A stretch of DNA of 63,014 bases, filler included, from Choristocarpus tenellus KU-1152 (lineage: Eukaryota > Protista > Phaeophyceae), in assembly GCA_964200185.2 (NCBI GenBank). It is 9 parts of 9 records of this genome, joined end to end, with 100 filler letters (N's around TTAATTAATTAA, not from the genome) between each part and the next. Parts side by side here need not be neighbours in the genome. Positions count along the whole stretch, not along the records: positions 1 to 20,605 come from CAXNAD020000387.1; positions 20,706 to 31,157 come from CAXNAD020002921.1; 7 more parts are not named here. One strand, written 5' to 3'. Positions within the stretch are counted from its first letter, which is position 1. Every line of letters begins with the position of its first letter. The notes under the pieces are model-generated. The model had not been told where the DNA came from. It saw nothing but the letters and a program-made list of their open reading frames with translations, and searched no databases. The translations under genes were made by a program, and so were the position numbers. Below are positions 13,746 to 27,022 of this stretch, piece by piece.

Positions 13746-14664
13746 CAGGGCTTTTCATTGGGCCGGGCAGTTAGCATGTCCACTGTTGAACATATGGCCA
13801 TGGCCCAGTTCATGGCCTGTCCATTTTGAAATAATGCTCATGTACTTGGTTATGTTCGATTTTGGTTACAGATGTCAGGTGGTGACCCTGGTCATGTTGG
13901 GCAAGCGTTGGTCATGGGCTCTACCATGTTCAAACTTGGTTGTACATGGGGTCCAGTGGGCTCGGTCATATTGAGTAAGCGATAGCATGAACTGGGTCAT
14001 CTTAGAACATTTTATCTATGGCCGGTCAGGTAAAATATTTTTTTACACTTGGGCTGGCCACGTCATCATGGTCATGTCTTCTTTTTGAAAATTTTACATT
14101 TTACATTTTACATTTTACATTTTGCCACTCGTGAATATTGTGTCCCAAATCTTCAATTTCTACTGCTTAAATTCTAACTATATTTTATCTGTTGATATTT
14201 CTGTATTATATTTTTTATTTAGAATATCAAATTGTTAATTAATGCAAATACATGTTGAGTGTCTGAGGTGATCTGTGATCCGTGTGTGTAAATGTCTCAC
14301 ATTCACACTTGTATAACATGTAGTACATGGCCTGGACATGGTCTGGACATGCCAGAAAAAAAAAGGAACTGATGGGCGGCCATTGTCCAGATTTTCTAGT
14401 AAAAAAGTTAGGCTGGTCGACCAGTGGACATGGTCTGGACATGTCAGAGAATATTTTACCTGGTCAGGCCGGCGGACATGGACTGGTTCAATACCTAGTA
14501 GACACGGCCCGGGACATGTTAAATTATTGTGGGATTGGTCTGGACATGGACATGGATTGGTTCAACAATTGCTGGAGATGGACTGGGACATGTTAAGGAA
14601 TTGTGGGACTGGTCCGGGTAGCGGATGGGACTTTTCAAATTTGCTGGTCTGGCGAAAAGTCCTC
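13746..14664. mobile_element. Non-autonomous hAT-type DNA transposon
   Basis: Ends CAGGGCTTTTC ... GAAAAGTCCTC (imperfect TIR) with a perfect 8-bp TSD ATTATTAT. Many subterminal CATGTCC motifs on the left and GGACATG motifs on the right, in inverted orientation. Confidence 0.8.
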
Positions 14665-14870
14665 ATTATTATGGCTCTTAACATTTTGCAGATGTGTCAA
14701 AAACCAAGGCTATATTGCAAGAACACCTGTAAAAAAATAGTTAATGGAGAATATCTCTCCCTAGAAAATATTTGCTCTTTGAAAACTAACGACACAATGA
14801 TGCTCCCTTGAAGGATGGTAACTACAATGTAATATGTATACTGCTGCTGTAACTCCAACCTAACTTAGCC

Positions 14871-15152
14871 CTACAAAGGTGGGCGAGGAGCTAGGGAAGA
14901 ATCCCAAGAATCTGTCAGGCCCCTTCTTGGCCAACTACGTAGTGGTGTCTCCAGCTTGAAACACATGAAGTGTCTCGAGAAAGCCACTTGCGCAATGGCA
15001 GGAACTGTCTGTGTCAAGCAGGAATTAACAGCCCCTTTCCTACTGTATCCTCCCGCCCCTCTCCCCCCTACCACGTATGTGGCTAACTCATCCAAGAAAT
15101 TTTGTGCTTGCTTTCCAAGTTGCCCAACACTTTCCACCTTGAAGGTGTTCAA
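14871..15152 (-). mobile_element. 3' fragment of an RLE-type (CRE/NeSL/R2-like) non-LTR retrotransposon
   Basis: KVESVGQLGKQAQNFLDELATYVVGG matches the E-x2-G-x2-G-x2-A-x2-FL-x2-LA restriction-like endonuclease C-terminus. A second copy lies at 31080. Confidence 0.65.
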
Positions 15153-15749
15153 ATTAAATTACAACATTTAAAAGAACCCTCGTATTCTTGTATCCTTTTC
15201 ACATTTTACAGATATGTCAGGGGTCTATGTGGAAACACAGACTAAAACTGTATGACAATACAGTTGGTGAACCTATATAAGAGAGGGTAGGGACAAGAAA
15301 ACCCCCCCTTTCTTATATCCCGATCCTCGCTTATTTCATATAAGAGCGCTTTTCTCTTAAACCAAGGGATCCTAAGAAGAGAAACCTATTGTTACATGAT
15401 TGGTTGATCATAGGAAACACTCCCTATAAAAATATTCTGTAAAAATCTTCTGTATGGTTTATTTAATAGGTTGTTCCTGTGGAAGAATGGAACTTGCTAA
15501 AGTTTTTTTACATTTAATTCCACAAAGGAGAAAGATCATTTTAATTCAGGTCAATAAATTTCATTGTAGTTGATTATAGTACATGATATGAACGAAGGAT
15601 TGAGCCTTACGACCAGAGTGTGGAATTGTGGAAAGAATGTGTAACGACATTAACTTGACGAGCACACACACACAATGATTGCTTGAGAATATAAACTCTG
15701 GATGAGGCTTAGTTCTCATGTAGATTGGGAGGCAAGGTTTCAGATTTTG

Positions 15750-18700
15750 TGGATTGTCATCACGGTGGAGGATCGCAACAAATGACAGACAACCACGAAG
15801 TCCCTCAGAAGTGGTTGGAGCTCTTAGGAACCACTTTGCTTGGGATAGGATTACGGATGGAGCAATCATGCAGTCCAAGTTAAATTCTCTTCATCTATGT
15901 GTGGCGGAAGATCCCACTACTGTTATTATCCAGCTGACCAAGCTAGTGAAGAAGATGAGGTCGATTGATGATGAGCATAGCGAGGTGGCCCAGATCAGCG
16001 AAATGCACAATTGCCTTTCCGAGGAGATTTTTGTCGAGAATCGACAGGTTAATGGGAGAGGATATACAAACAGACTCGATCTTCAAAGGTGTGCCTGTGA
16101 GACACATCGTATGCGCAAACGTCAACAAGAACAACGAGTGGAGAGTAATGGTGGGGCGATGATGATGGGTGGAGCGCATGTGAGAGGTGGAACCACAGGT
16201 TGTTGAAAGGATCGAAAATCAGGATGTGTGGAGTGCTGGCTGTATGGTGGACTGCACTTTCAATCTTCTTGTCCCACTGTTGTTACCTCAAGTTTTGGAT
16301 ACACATGTGCCTGTTATGTTTGTGGAGTGACTGGACTTAAGGCCTACTTCTGTCCTAAACGTTCTGGAGCTGTTGGGGCGACTGGGCAAGAATCGAATAA
16401 TTCTGGGCCAAACCCCAGAAGGAAGAGGAGAAACAGTAAAGGAAAGGGAGAGGCGATGCTAACGTGGCTGGTGTAGCTGGTGACGGAGAAAGCAAAACTA
16501 ATGGTACGCCAGTGCAGCTTGATGGATTCTTGTCGGTAAGCGATGATGGGAGTCTTGTGGAATAGGATGAGCTTTGGTTCTTTGACGGTGGGTGTTCAGG
16601 ACACATGACAATTAACCCTACTGTTCCGAAACCTTTTGTAGAGAAATTGGGACTGTTGGAGATGGAAAGGTTCTACAAGTTTCAACCATATACAACTTCA
16701 TCTTGCATAATGTGTCAAATCCAATCTCTTCTCTATGATTCAAGTAAGCAACAATCTGGGGGAAAATTATATTGGAAAGGGGAAAATTCTTTACAATTAA
16801 CCCCTTCTTCTGGAGGACCAGGATTGGAGCTGTGAAGATGGGTAGGAAGAAATATGGATTGTTTACTTTGAAGGCCAGGTGGGTTAGAGGAGATGCCATT
16901 GACCTAGGGGGGACTGTTGAGGAGGAAAGGCCTACCTCTAAGATGAGCCGATTTGTTGTTGATCTTGAGCGGTTGATTGGAGCGAACGCAACGTCAGAGG
17001 AGGGTGTTGTAGCAACTGATGAGCTGACCTTTGCTGGGGCTGTAGCACATGTCACTTTCTTGTGAAGGCTGAGTTGAGGAGTGAGACCTGCTATGTGTAT
17101 TGACATTTGTCAGATGCACCACCAGCTGGGACATTACGATGAGGTGATGATTCGAAAGTATGCCAAGGAGTGTGACAATATTTTGACAGGTGAGTGGAAC
17201 AAACATTGCAAGGGATGTGTGCTATTGGCAAGGCTTGTTAGAAATCAGTCCCGAAAGTGACATGGAGAAGATTGGAGACACATCTTTGCAGGGTCTTCAT
17301 TGATCTGAGTGGTCTGAAGCCTAGGGTGAGCTCCCCAGAAGGTTATTTGTACAATATGTTAGTGGTCTGCGATAAGACTGGGATGGGGTGCGTAAGATTC
17401 CCGAGATCCAAGTATGAGACAGTGGAGGTATTCTGGGTATTTATCCGTGATGTGGCAGAAGAGGAGAACATATGCATTGGGTTTATGAGGACTGATGAGG
17501 GGACGGAGTTCAAGAATGCTGACTTTGAGGATGTACTAGATGAAAACAAGAGAAGGCATGCATACACTGTGCCTGGAACTCCTCAACTCAACGGGAAAGT
17601 GGAGTGCTCCATTGCACTGATTGCAGAGAAAGGCTTGGTCATGATGAATGCAGCTGGTCTTGGGGATTGACTGGGATTGTTGGCAGAGGCACACAATATG
17701 GATAATATCCTCACTAACTTATCCTCCACGTCTGCCAATCCCCACTGGAAGTTCCTATACGAAATGTTTTATGGTGTTCAAACTCATCCCCATCTACTTC
17801 CACTTTGGGGTTCGAGGGGTACGACTAGAGTGGATAACCGCATGCATAAATTGCCTCCGACAACTGCCATGGTCGATGATGGGACTTTCCTCCAACCATG
17901 CTTCCGATTCACTGAGGGTACTGCTCCTCAATTAAGGGCAAAATAGTTCATGGGAGGGACTGTGTGTGGGAACCTTACTCTGATCTGGTGTCAACAATGA
18001 CTGATAATGGGGTTATAGTTAACAAGGAACCCGCTTTGGATCTAGGAGGAGGTCTAATGTTTGAAGGTAGGATTATGTCCGTGTGGTGGACCATTGGACA
18101 TGTCAGGAGGAGATGACACTATGGAATTTGTTTCAAGTCCTGAGGTACCAGGCAGTGAGTGGGAGTTGGAAGTGGAGACAGTGGCATCAGATAGCATATT
18201 AAATACAGGTATGGGTGATGTGGATCAATAGTCAGAGCAGGTTAGTGGGAGGAATACGTTGATGCTGAAACTTGCAGATCACAACAATGATCCTCCACCT
18301 AAGCCAAGTACACCACCCAAACGACAACTGAGGTATGAGCAGAGACTGGTTGATCTCCTTGTTGGTGGGAAAGCGAGAATACTACAACCACCTGAAACCA
18401 AAACTATGAGAGAGGCAATTGAGTTGGAGGAGTGGCAATTGTTGAAAGGGTGTGTGGATGAGGAAGTAATTGATTTGGATAGCAGGGGAGTGTGGATTCA
18501 AGTACCTTTCCTCACAGGTGACCACAAGGTGCTTGGAACTAAGATTGTGTTCACTAGGAAGGTGGATGCAAATGGAGAAGTTGATTGGTACAAGGTCAGG
18601 TTGGTCGTGCAGGGATTTAGGCAGAGGAAGGGGAAGGATTATTTCGAGTCATTTGCACCTACACCTACTTTTACTTCTCTTTGCATGCTTCTTGCATTAG

Positions 18701-20411
18701 CGGCAAAGCTGAACTATGTGTTGATCAATAGTGATGGGAAGGGCTTCACCAAAGCTCACCTAGAGGGGATACTGTATATGGAAGTACCAGAAAAAGTCCC
18801 TGTATGGGATAGTACAGATGTCTCGGAACTGGAACTTTCTTCTGGTGGATGCTTTGCTGGAGCTGGGATCAGAACAGTCTGAGGCAGATCAATATAGTGG
18901 ATGGCAAGGCTGTGATGATTACGATCGTCTATGTGGATGACATGTTGATAGCTTAGGAATCAGGGGCAGGCTATGCTGTTGGTATCATTGAGGGACTGGG
19001 CAAGAACTTCCTGGTGGTGAATTTGGTGAGGTGACCAAGTTCATGGGCTACAGGATCAGGAGGAACAGGAAGGCTGGGACACATGTGGTTGACCAGAGCT
19101 TGTACATAGGAGATGCAGTAGAAAGACATGGGATTGGCACAACGTACGAGCTACCATCAATCACCAAGAGAGTGGGGCAGGAGGGGACTGTTCCAGGCGG
19201 CTACAGATCAATTGTTGGTGGGATGCAGTAGGCAACGATAGTGACTAGGCCTGATGCGTCTTTTACAGTTGGAGAGTTGTCATTTTGTGTAGAGAATCCA
19301 AGTTGGTCTGATTGACTGAATGCTGAGAGAGTGATAGGGTATCTGTTAGGCACAAGAGAGAATGACATTACCTTTGGAGGCTTTGACTTGTATGGTAATG
19401 GACTGAGGGACCAGGTAATTGGCTATACAGATGCTGATTATTCTAATTGCAAGGAGAGTAGGTTGTGTCTTGTGGTGTGGTGATATTTGGGGGAGGAAGC
19501 CAAAGTATCTTAGAGGGTAGAGCAGTGTCCATTTGGGGGTCAAAATCCAATGTTGTGATTTTGATGTAATTTTGACTATCATGTTTGTTAGTAAGTGTCA
19601 ATATCCTTGTTCCAGACACACCTTTTCATAACATGTATATTTTATCTACTTCTAAACATTTTGGAGTAGGAAAATGTCATTAAAAAAAACGTGCGAAGCC
19701 AAGCACTAAAGGGACAAACAGGGCAAAACTCGTACCCTCTAAGATACTTTCACTCAAGGATGTGTTGACTGGTGGTCTAGAAAGCAGAAAACAGTTACAC
19801 TGTCTACTGCTGAGGTTGAGTATGTTGCATTGCGTGAGTTCGAGAAAGAGGATATGTTCCTCAAGCAGGTGCAAATGTTCATGCAACCACTTTGTGAGGA
19901 TTACTTTGTATCAGTGTTTGAGGATGGTGTAATAAAGATTGCTCAGAAGGCATTATCCGGAGATAGAACAAAACACATTATGTACACCAATTGGAGAGGG
20001 GAAGATCGCAAATGAATATTTTCTGTTGATGATACGTGTAAGAGTGGTTAAGGTATTAATTTCTCACCAGAAGTTCAAAGCAGGGGAGTGTGTCAAGAAT
20101 ATATACCTTTTATTCATGTGAAAAAGTAGGTCCTGTAAGAAGCAATCTGATGGAAAAGATCATGTTTGTGTGCTGAAGAATAGAAGAAAGGTATGGGTTA
20201 ATTAACTAGAAAATGGAAGCGTACATGACTAGGAAATATCCAAGCAAGCAATCTGTGATCTGCAGAATTGGATTGGTGACAAGGACCCCCCCCCTTGGTC
20301 TTTGATGTTCACTCCTCCTTTCTCCTTACTTCATCTACAACCTGTCCAACCCAAGGGAATTAAGCAAGTCATTTATATACAACAGTGTTGAGAACATCAA
20401 GTACTTCAACA
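15750..20411 (+). mobile_element. Decayed Ty1/Copia LTR retrotransposon (gag, PR, INT, RT, RH, candidate 3' LTR 20091-20411)
   Basis: Domains occur in Copia order: gag knuckles CYVCGVTGLKAYFC; protease WFFDGGCSGHMT; HHQLGH; integrase FIDLSG, RTDEGTEF, PGTPQLNGKVE; RT YKVRLVVQGFRQ..DYFESFAP and YVDDML; RNase H YTDADY, WWSRKQKTVTLSTAE, RTKHI. PPT-like AGGGGAGTG is followed by TGTCAAG...CTTCAACA. Many stops and frameshifts; no 5' LTR found. Confidence 0.92.
19497..19755 (-). mobile_element. MITE family 1, copy 3, nested in the Copia RNase H
   Basis: Full MITE in reverse orientation; 4-bp TSD GAGG/AAGG. Removing it restores IFGGGCVDWWSRKQ. Confidence 0.92.
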
Positions 20412-20605
20412 GCGGCGGAATCATAGATAGGTATAGGCTGCCCCATCTTGCTTGGGATTTTTGGTGGGTAACATTTTAGAGTCAGCATAATACACTAAAA
20501 AAATATGAACATGTGAAAAAAATCTTGCATCTTCTTTGCGGCTGCAAAAGTTATGTTACATTTAATTCTGAACGGAGGAAGTGGGTCAAAGTATCTGTGG
20601 GGGGG

Positions 20606-20705
20606 NNNNNNNNNNNNNNNNNNNNNNNNNNNNNNNNNNNNNNNNNNNNTTAATTAATTAANNNNNNNNNNNNNNNNNNNNNNNNNNNNNNNNNNNNNNN
20701 NNNNN
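20606..20705. other. Artificial contig linker (also 31158-31257, 34472-34571, 39403-39502, 43586-43685, 47982-48081, 55029-55128, 59772-59871)
   Basis: Identical 100-nt N44-TTAATTAATTAA-N44 blocks; the 12-mer gives stops in all six frames. Confidence 0.98.
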
Positions 20706-20988
20706 TTAAACAACCGCGATATCCTAAGTCGTATCACAAGTTTACGGAGACAATTTGGTCGATATGTGTTGAGAACATATGTTGAAACAGGTCGTTACCC
20801 CACCCACACCCCGATGCGTTCATGCCTCTATCGGAGTGTTCCCAGAATTTTACAGGGAACTGTAGATTTTTCTATTATTATTAATTAGAGGAGAAGATAC
20901 GCGTATTATTTCTTGGTTTAAGGAAGAATACAATGCTTGCATTTTGTAGGAATACATGTTTTTGGATATACAAAAATAATTTCATATC

Positions 20989-21153
20989 CTCGTATTATTA
21001 CGAGTTCCACAAAAGACCAATCCATCTTTTAGTCTTATATCTTTTGGAACTCGTATTATTACGAGTTCTACAAAAGACTAATCCATCCATCTTTTAGTCT
21101 TACATCTTTTGGAACTCGTATTATTACGAGTTCCACAAAAGACTAATCCATCT
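20989..21153. repeat. ~60-65-bp tandem repeat (~2.6 copies) containing the hairpin AACTCGTATTATTACGAGTT
   Basis: Units start near 20989, 21050 and 21115. Confidence 0.85.
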
Positions 21154-21262
21154 TCTGATGTTACACCTTTTAACATTGATTGATTCGTCGATGCGAGTTT
21201 TAGGAAATTGGTCCTTTCCTTTGTCTCATACAACAAAATGTAATCACTAATCTTTTCCTCCC

Positions 21263-24200
21263 TTGCCCTCCTTCCCAACGTCCGCACCCCTTTTGCGACT
21301 CTCCAGTTCTAACGCCGCACAAGTGAACGAGGGAGTGAGGAAGGTTCACATAACTAACTTGCATATCACCTTCCAGCAATTGATGATGCTTGTGAACTCG
21401 GGCCGATTGGTCCACAACTACAACGCGAACCTTCTGGGTATGCAGAGGGTGAGCGCCATGATCGAGAAGGTTGTAAAGGACCGGAAGTATGCGGCCAAAA
21501 TGCTATACAGCATATTAGGCAGTCAGCAATTCTCCTTCTTCTCGAAGTGGTAAAATCACGAAGGCTTCAAGAAGTCCATGCGGGCAGATGGGGCTACCGA
21601 AAACTGCCCCACCGACCACATGCTCGGCGAGTACATCGCGAACGGGTCCTTAACTCACAATAGTGATGGTGGACGTAAAGATGCCGACAAGGACGAAACC
21701 CTTTCGTTCTGTCTCAATGGCCAGCACCGCGCCATGATGTCGAGGGCCCTTTCAAGACGAGCCAAGAACAAGGTGTCGAAGTTGGGGAAGGTGAACAAGC
21801 TGGTGACGCAGGATTTGGCCAACAGCATACTCATGTCTCTGGTGAGCGATTACGACCCCAGATATGCTTGGAAAATGTATCCTAACAACGACAAGGAAAC
21901 GGCGCAGCTCTTTTCGGTCAGAGAGGGGGTGGTGGCAAGCCAAGGAAACTTGCCCGGCATGGCTGACATCTTCGAGAGGATGGTCACCTGGGTAAGGTCC
22001 ATGATCGAATACCTCGAAGCAGGTTATGGACTGGACAAGGCCCACCCCTGTATTGAGAGGGACAATGATAAATCTGATGAGGGGCAGAGACGTCAACGGT
22101 TGGTGGAACTATGTCATCAGTATGACATGGGGGCCATCGACTTTACCACACGAAAGAAAGGGGGAACTTCGCAACGAGAGTGAAGAAATCTGTGGCGGGA
22201 AAAATTGAGACTTTCCTCGATGAGGCGTGGGAAAGGACGACGAAAGAAAGGACGACGAAAGATTGCCTCAAACGAAAGCAGGACTGGACGGAATTATTTA
22301 ACGCTGTGGCAACATGCGTTGACAACTACGATAACGAGGGTGAGAATGATGCTTGGGTCTTCTCCCTCCCTAACTCTGCTTCACTGACACGCACCCAATT
22401 TCTTATTATACAAAACGTAATTCTCGGAGACAGAAACGAAACAAAAGTGCTCCAATACTAATACCTAACACCCTGCCCTAACTCAGATGAAGGGGAGTTC
22501 CAAGACCTACTTATGGAGGTCTGTAAACGGAACAAAGATAGCCCAGCAAACGTGAGTTTCGTAACCAACATGAGCACTTTTCCATTTCAAACATTATGTC
22601 ATCCTCGCTTTGAAGTCCCTGTTGTTGAAAATCGAGATCAAAACTTTATTCCTCCTGTATTGTTGTGTCACTCTGTCCCTTTCCTCATTTTTTTAGCTGG
22701 ACCCGCTTTCACTCATTGCCCATTTAATTATCTCCCCGCAGTCTTCATTCGACCACCGCAGCGTCCACTACTTCACACTTCTCTGGGCGGTCAATCCCGA
22801 CACAGCCTTTGATCTTTTGAAACGTAGGATGGCCTTCGACAGCTAGACTAAGATAAAGGTGAGCACACTTCGAAATTTTAGCTCGTTTTCCATCTACCTC
22901 CACAATGACTTGTGTCGTGCACTCAGGGGTAACCTTTCTTCTTGTTAATGCGCAGATTGTGGCAGCTCTTATGACCCATATAGACCGGCACGCTCGCAAT
23001 ATCATGACCAAATCATCTTACCTCGTCTTACTAAGACATCAAACCATTTTGTCCTGTCCAACCATCGACAGCTTCATTCAACCATAAAGGAAGAATACTT
23101 CCGTCTCATGTGCTGGAATGCTCTGGTGGGACAGGAGAGGTTTCGGATGTCGAGAGACGACATGCCTGAAGATCACGACTGGTCCGACATCGTCGACATG
23201 GCCCCGCAAACGTCTTTGCCAGGAAGCTGGGTCTAGACTGCAATGGGACACACTCTCCCTATTCTACGTGCCACACAATGGGAGAAACAGGGGTCATTCG
23301 ACGCTTGGTGAGTACCACCTTTACTTCATCACGCCCATGAAATTTATGAAATGGGAACAAACTAACCATCAGCCTAGAAGACCTGAGAAGTGAAGGTTTC
23401 AAACTTCTTCGTCTTGGAATGTATTAACCGCATTGCTCACAGCTCAGATGGTAACAGGATGAACAACTCGGATGGTAAAAGAAAGGACAAACAAATTTTT
23501 CTCCTTGGCGTAAGTTCATCGTAAGTCGTAAAGATAAAAAAAATATTAGACTCACAAACATTATCACCTCAAAGTACACCATTAAACGTAGAGACCGAAA
23601 ATAAAGTTGATCGCTGATTTTTCACCTTCTACCAAAATCACAAGCAATCTGACAAACGGAAAATTTAAGGATTGAGAATACATGGGCTTGGATTCTGTTC
23701 ACTGTAATTGGTAATAATGAAATGTTGAAGGGATAATGGATTTCATTCACCTTACACTAGGTTCGGCCTCATTAAAAAACATTTCTTCACCCTTCAATTC
23801 ACCAGCATCCTGGCAGACTGAAAATATAAACGAGTAGGTTTTTTTCGATTTCACCATCGGTCTGACAGTCAAGAAATCAAAAGGATTAAAAACCTTAAAC
23901 CGAATTCAACATCAACCTCAAGAGTGTACCATCTGTTGGGAGTGCAAAACGAAATTTCCCATTTTTGTATTGCACACGATACGGTGTTTTGTTAGGAAAA
24001 TCATCAACACGCTTCGTTGTTTTAGTTATACACAACTTAAAGATGAATCCAGCTGATGCGTATCCATCCTTCCCCTCACCCAGTTCTCCAAGACCCTGCG
24101 GGGTATGCGAAACCAGAAAGCGGTTAAGAAGCAGGAAGAAAGTACGAAGGCAGACTTAACAAACTTCGAGGCGGCCTACAAAAAAAGAATGCGCTCAAAT

Positions 24201-24930
24201 TGTGGGCGTTGAAACACAAAGAGGAGCACAAAAGGACCTACAGGGAAAAGGTCGAAGGCAGGGCCATCAAGGCGCAATGACCACAATGGGAGAGGGGAAG
24301 TGAGGAATGATGAGAGTGCCTCTGTCCTCGAAGCAGACTGACTATCTCTTTCCTCCTTGTTTGATGGAGGAAATGGGGCCAGTACGCTAGGGAATGATCC
24401 CACTGAGGAAAATGAGGAGGAAGCCATCACATCTGACGGTAAGATCAATTATGGGTTACTATCGAATTTCTTGAAGATTGCGCCGATGTTTTGTTGAGAT
24501 ATGGTTTTGAGAAGGAGTGCATCAGGAGCGGAATTTTCAAAAATCGAGACCCGACAGTAACATCCAATGTTCTGAAACAGGTGATTGGCCGTCACGGGTT
24601 TGTGACGGCGAAGACAGGGGTTAAGGCCAAACCCATCATTGTTGACGATTACTGCTATGTCCACCGCGCTATCCTCAAGGGGTGCAATGGTAGCGGCAAG
24701 ATCACAAGGCGTATGTTGCAAATATGGAGGATATAAATATCCTCATCAAGATAAAGGCCATGTTCCTGTGCGGTGTGGAAGCAGAGGAGTGGAGCGACCG
24801 ATATTCGTCGCCTCATAACTTGTGGCACATTCTGACATAAATGTTCCCCAGGCTACGGGGTTGGTGGAAGATGAAAGATGGACACCTTTGCCTAAGTTTC
24901 AACAAGATGATGGAGAAGAAAATCCAAAGT
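21263..24930 (+). pseudogene. Decayed spliced gene of unknown function with a ParB/DGQHR-like motif (FCLNGQHR), probably transposon cargo
   Basis: Long coding-like frame 21263-22339 with an in-frame TAA (21551) and a frameshift near 22180. Further GT..AG exons at ~22487-22551, ~22742-22858 (internal TAG) and ~22956-23307, and a broken frame at ~24040-24930. Confidence 0.55.
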
Positions 24931-26764
24931 AAGAACTAGAGTAGTAGAGTATCAAACGTTGTTGATTATTTCAACGATTGATTAGCGAAAGAGCGTAAAA
25001 ATTGGTCTTCGTAGATCAGTATCGAACATGTACACTTGATGGATACTTATGTCAGTAGTTTGGACCGAGTCCATGTCTTTAACATTTTTTGGTAACGGTG
25101 TTGTTGGGTTAGGAGACTGTGATGCGTTATCGCGAATCACCTTCTTGGAGATTGTTGCAACCCATAGGCACAAGATACGGCCTACGCTCCTAAGGAGTGA
25201 CTGCCAATGTGGGCTTGATTGTTTTTCAGATCTTGAGAGAGACCATGTTATCTTCGCGGAAGCATAATGCTTCCCTTTTCCTAGAGTAACAGTTCAATCT
25301 CTCTTGGTCGATAAATTACATGCGTTTCGAGTGTGTGTGAAATGCAGTTGCTGTGTGTTAGACAGATCGATGTGTTGTTTTCGACGCTTTCTTCCCAAAA
25401 AATTGATGCAATCTTCAGACCCAAGATGCTCATTCCATACTCATGTGTTAGATGCATGTGAATGTAGAGTAGACCTCGAATGATTTGGCGTAGGTATTGC
25501 AGATGTTACTCTTTTCAAGAGTGTAGATTTGGTTGAGTTGGGTAATGCAACGGCACCTCTTGGTTAATCGAGTAGTTGTGTTTCGTTTGTGTTTCAAATG
25601 ATTTTGCTGGACTGGGGGGGCATGGATTTGTGTTATGGTTTATAGTTTCACCATTGCGTGTTAAATTTAACTGCAAACTTTAACACCCAACATCTATTTA
25701 ATGTTCACATGTTCCATGACTGGTAATGTATTGTATAACTTACATCATTTTGAGGTATTGAGCCAAAATCGATTCTTTCTTTACGATGTTTTGCGTGCCT
25801 CTTCTGCAAGAGTTCAGCCTATCTTGATCACGACAAGCGCTTCCTCACATGTTCAACGCCTCACGAGTTGTTCTCACCTATGTACTATGTGCTTTAGAGT
25901 TGGACAGTTTCCAACGAAAGCCTCCGGTTTGTATCGAGTCTATGAAATGCAAAATCTTTTCAGGTGTCACCTACACATGCAGATCTCCATGTACGTGGTG
26001 TCCATCAAGAGGTCATATATTTCACCATCCTAGACAAAGCCGTCTAGAAAAGTGGTTTTCCTGAAATGTTTCAAAGGTGAACTTAGGTACACCTCGAATT
26101 TCCAAAGGCTAAGTGTTTTATGCTACATTATCTAATGCTACACTCGTGAACATATCCCACTTAGTATTTGCTTTTTCAACGCACTTCGTTTAACAAGATC
26201 AGAGCAAAGGAGTGCACCTCCTTCTCATTTCAATCTCCTACTTCCGTGCACGATTGCCCTGCATTGAGTCTGTTACATATGGGAAACATTTCTCACTATG
26301 CACACGACATGTGCAACTGGCCGTTTATGTGATGTCCACTATGGTAAAAAGTTATGCACTGTGACAAATGCTTCAAGGGTCATCAAATGTACACCTCCAT
26401 TTTTTTGAGGCTAACAGCTTTTTTAAACGCTATCTAATGCCACATGTATTAACATACGCAACCATAGATCTATTTTTTTCACGCACTAAACTCAATAGGA
26501 TCAGAGGCAAGGATTGCCATCCACTTACACTTAACCCCCCGCCTCCGCGCATGTTCTTCCTCCATACTTGTCCTTCACCTGCTGCCATCCTCCAAATAAC
26601 CCGACCCTACCCTCACGAACAGAAAAAAGGTTGCCATGAAATTCGTATAGATTAAGAACTTTGTCATGCTCCACCTGTATTTGCATAATACCAGCTTTAT
26701 TTACTCACATCTCATTCATTTATTCCACCAGCACACCGTTTTTTATTTACTCACATCTCTTTCA

Positions 26765-27022
26765 GAGCCAAAGTATCTTAGAGGGTAGAGCCGCGTCCAT
26801 TTCGGGGTCAAATTCCAATGTTCCGATTTTGATGTAATTTTGACTATCATGTTTTTGAGGAAGTGTCAATATCCTTGTTCCGGACACACCTTTTCATAAC
26901 GTGCAAATTTTACATACTCCGAAACATATCGGAGTAGGAAAATGTCATAAAACACCTGTGGGAAGCTAAGTCCCAAATGGACAAACAGGGCAAAATTCGT
27001 ACCCTCTAAGATACTTTCACTC
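26765..27022 (-). mobile_element. MITE family 1, copy 4
   Basis: Full TIRs; 4-bp TSD TTCA/TTCA. The flank is an older local duplication (26696-26736) that shows the empty-site sequence. Confidence 0.92.

Noticed and set aside
15215-15396. 5' LTR of the Copia element
   Set aside because: It has TG..CA ends but only trivial similarity to the candidate 3' LTR, no TSD or clear PBS, and its start belongs to a motif found elsewhere.
20650-20661. TTAATTAATTAA palindrome recurring eight times
   Set aside because: It always sits in the centre of identical N blocks, so it is an artificial six-frame-stop linker. Linkage across it is not biological.
21263-24930. Alternative genetic code (stop-codon reassignment)
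   Set aside because: All three stop types and frameshifts occur, and only in decayed elements; the reconstructed host exons have no in-frame stops.
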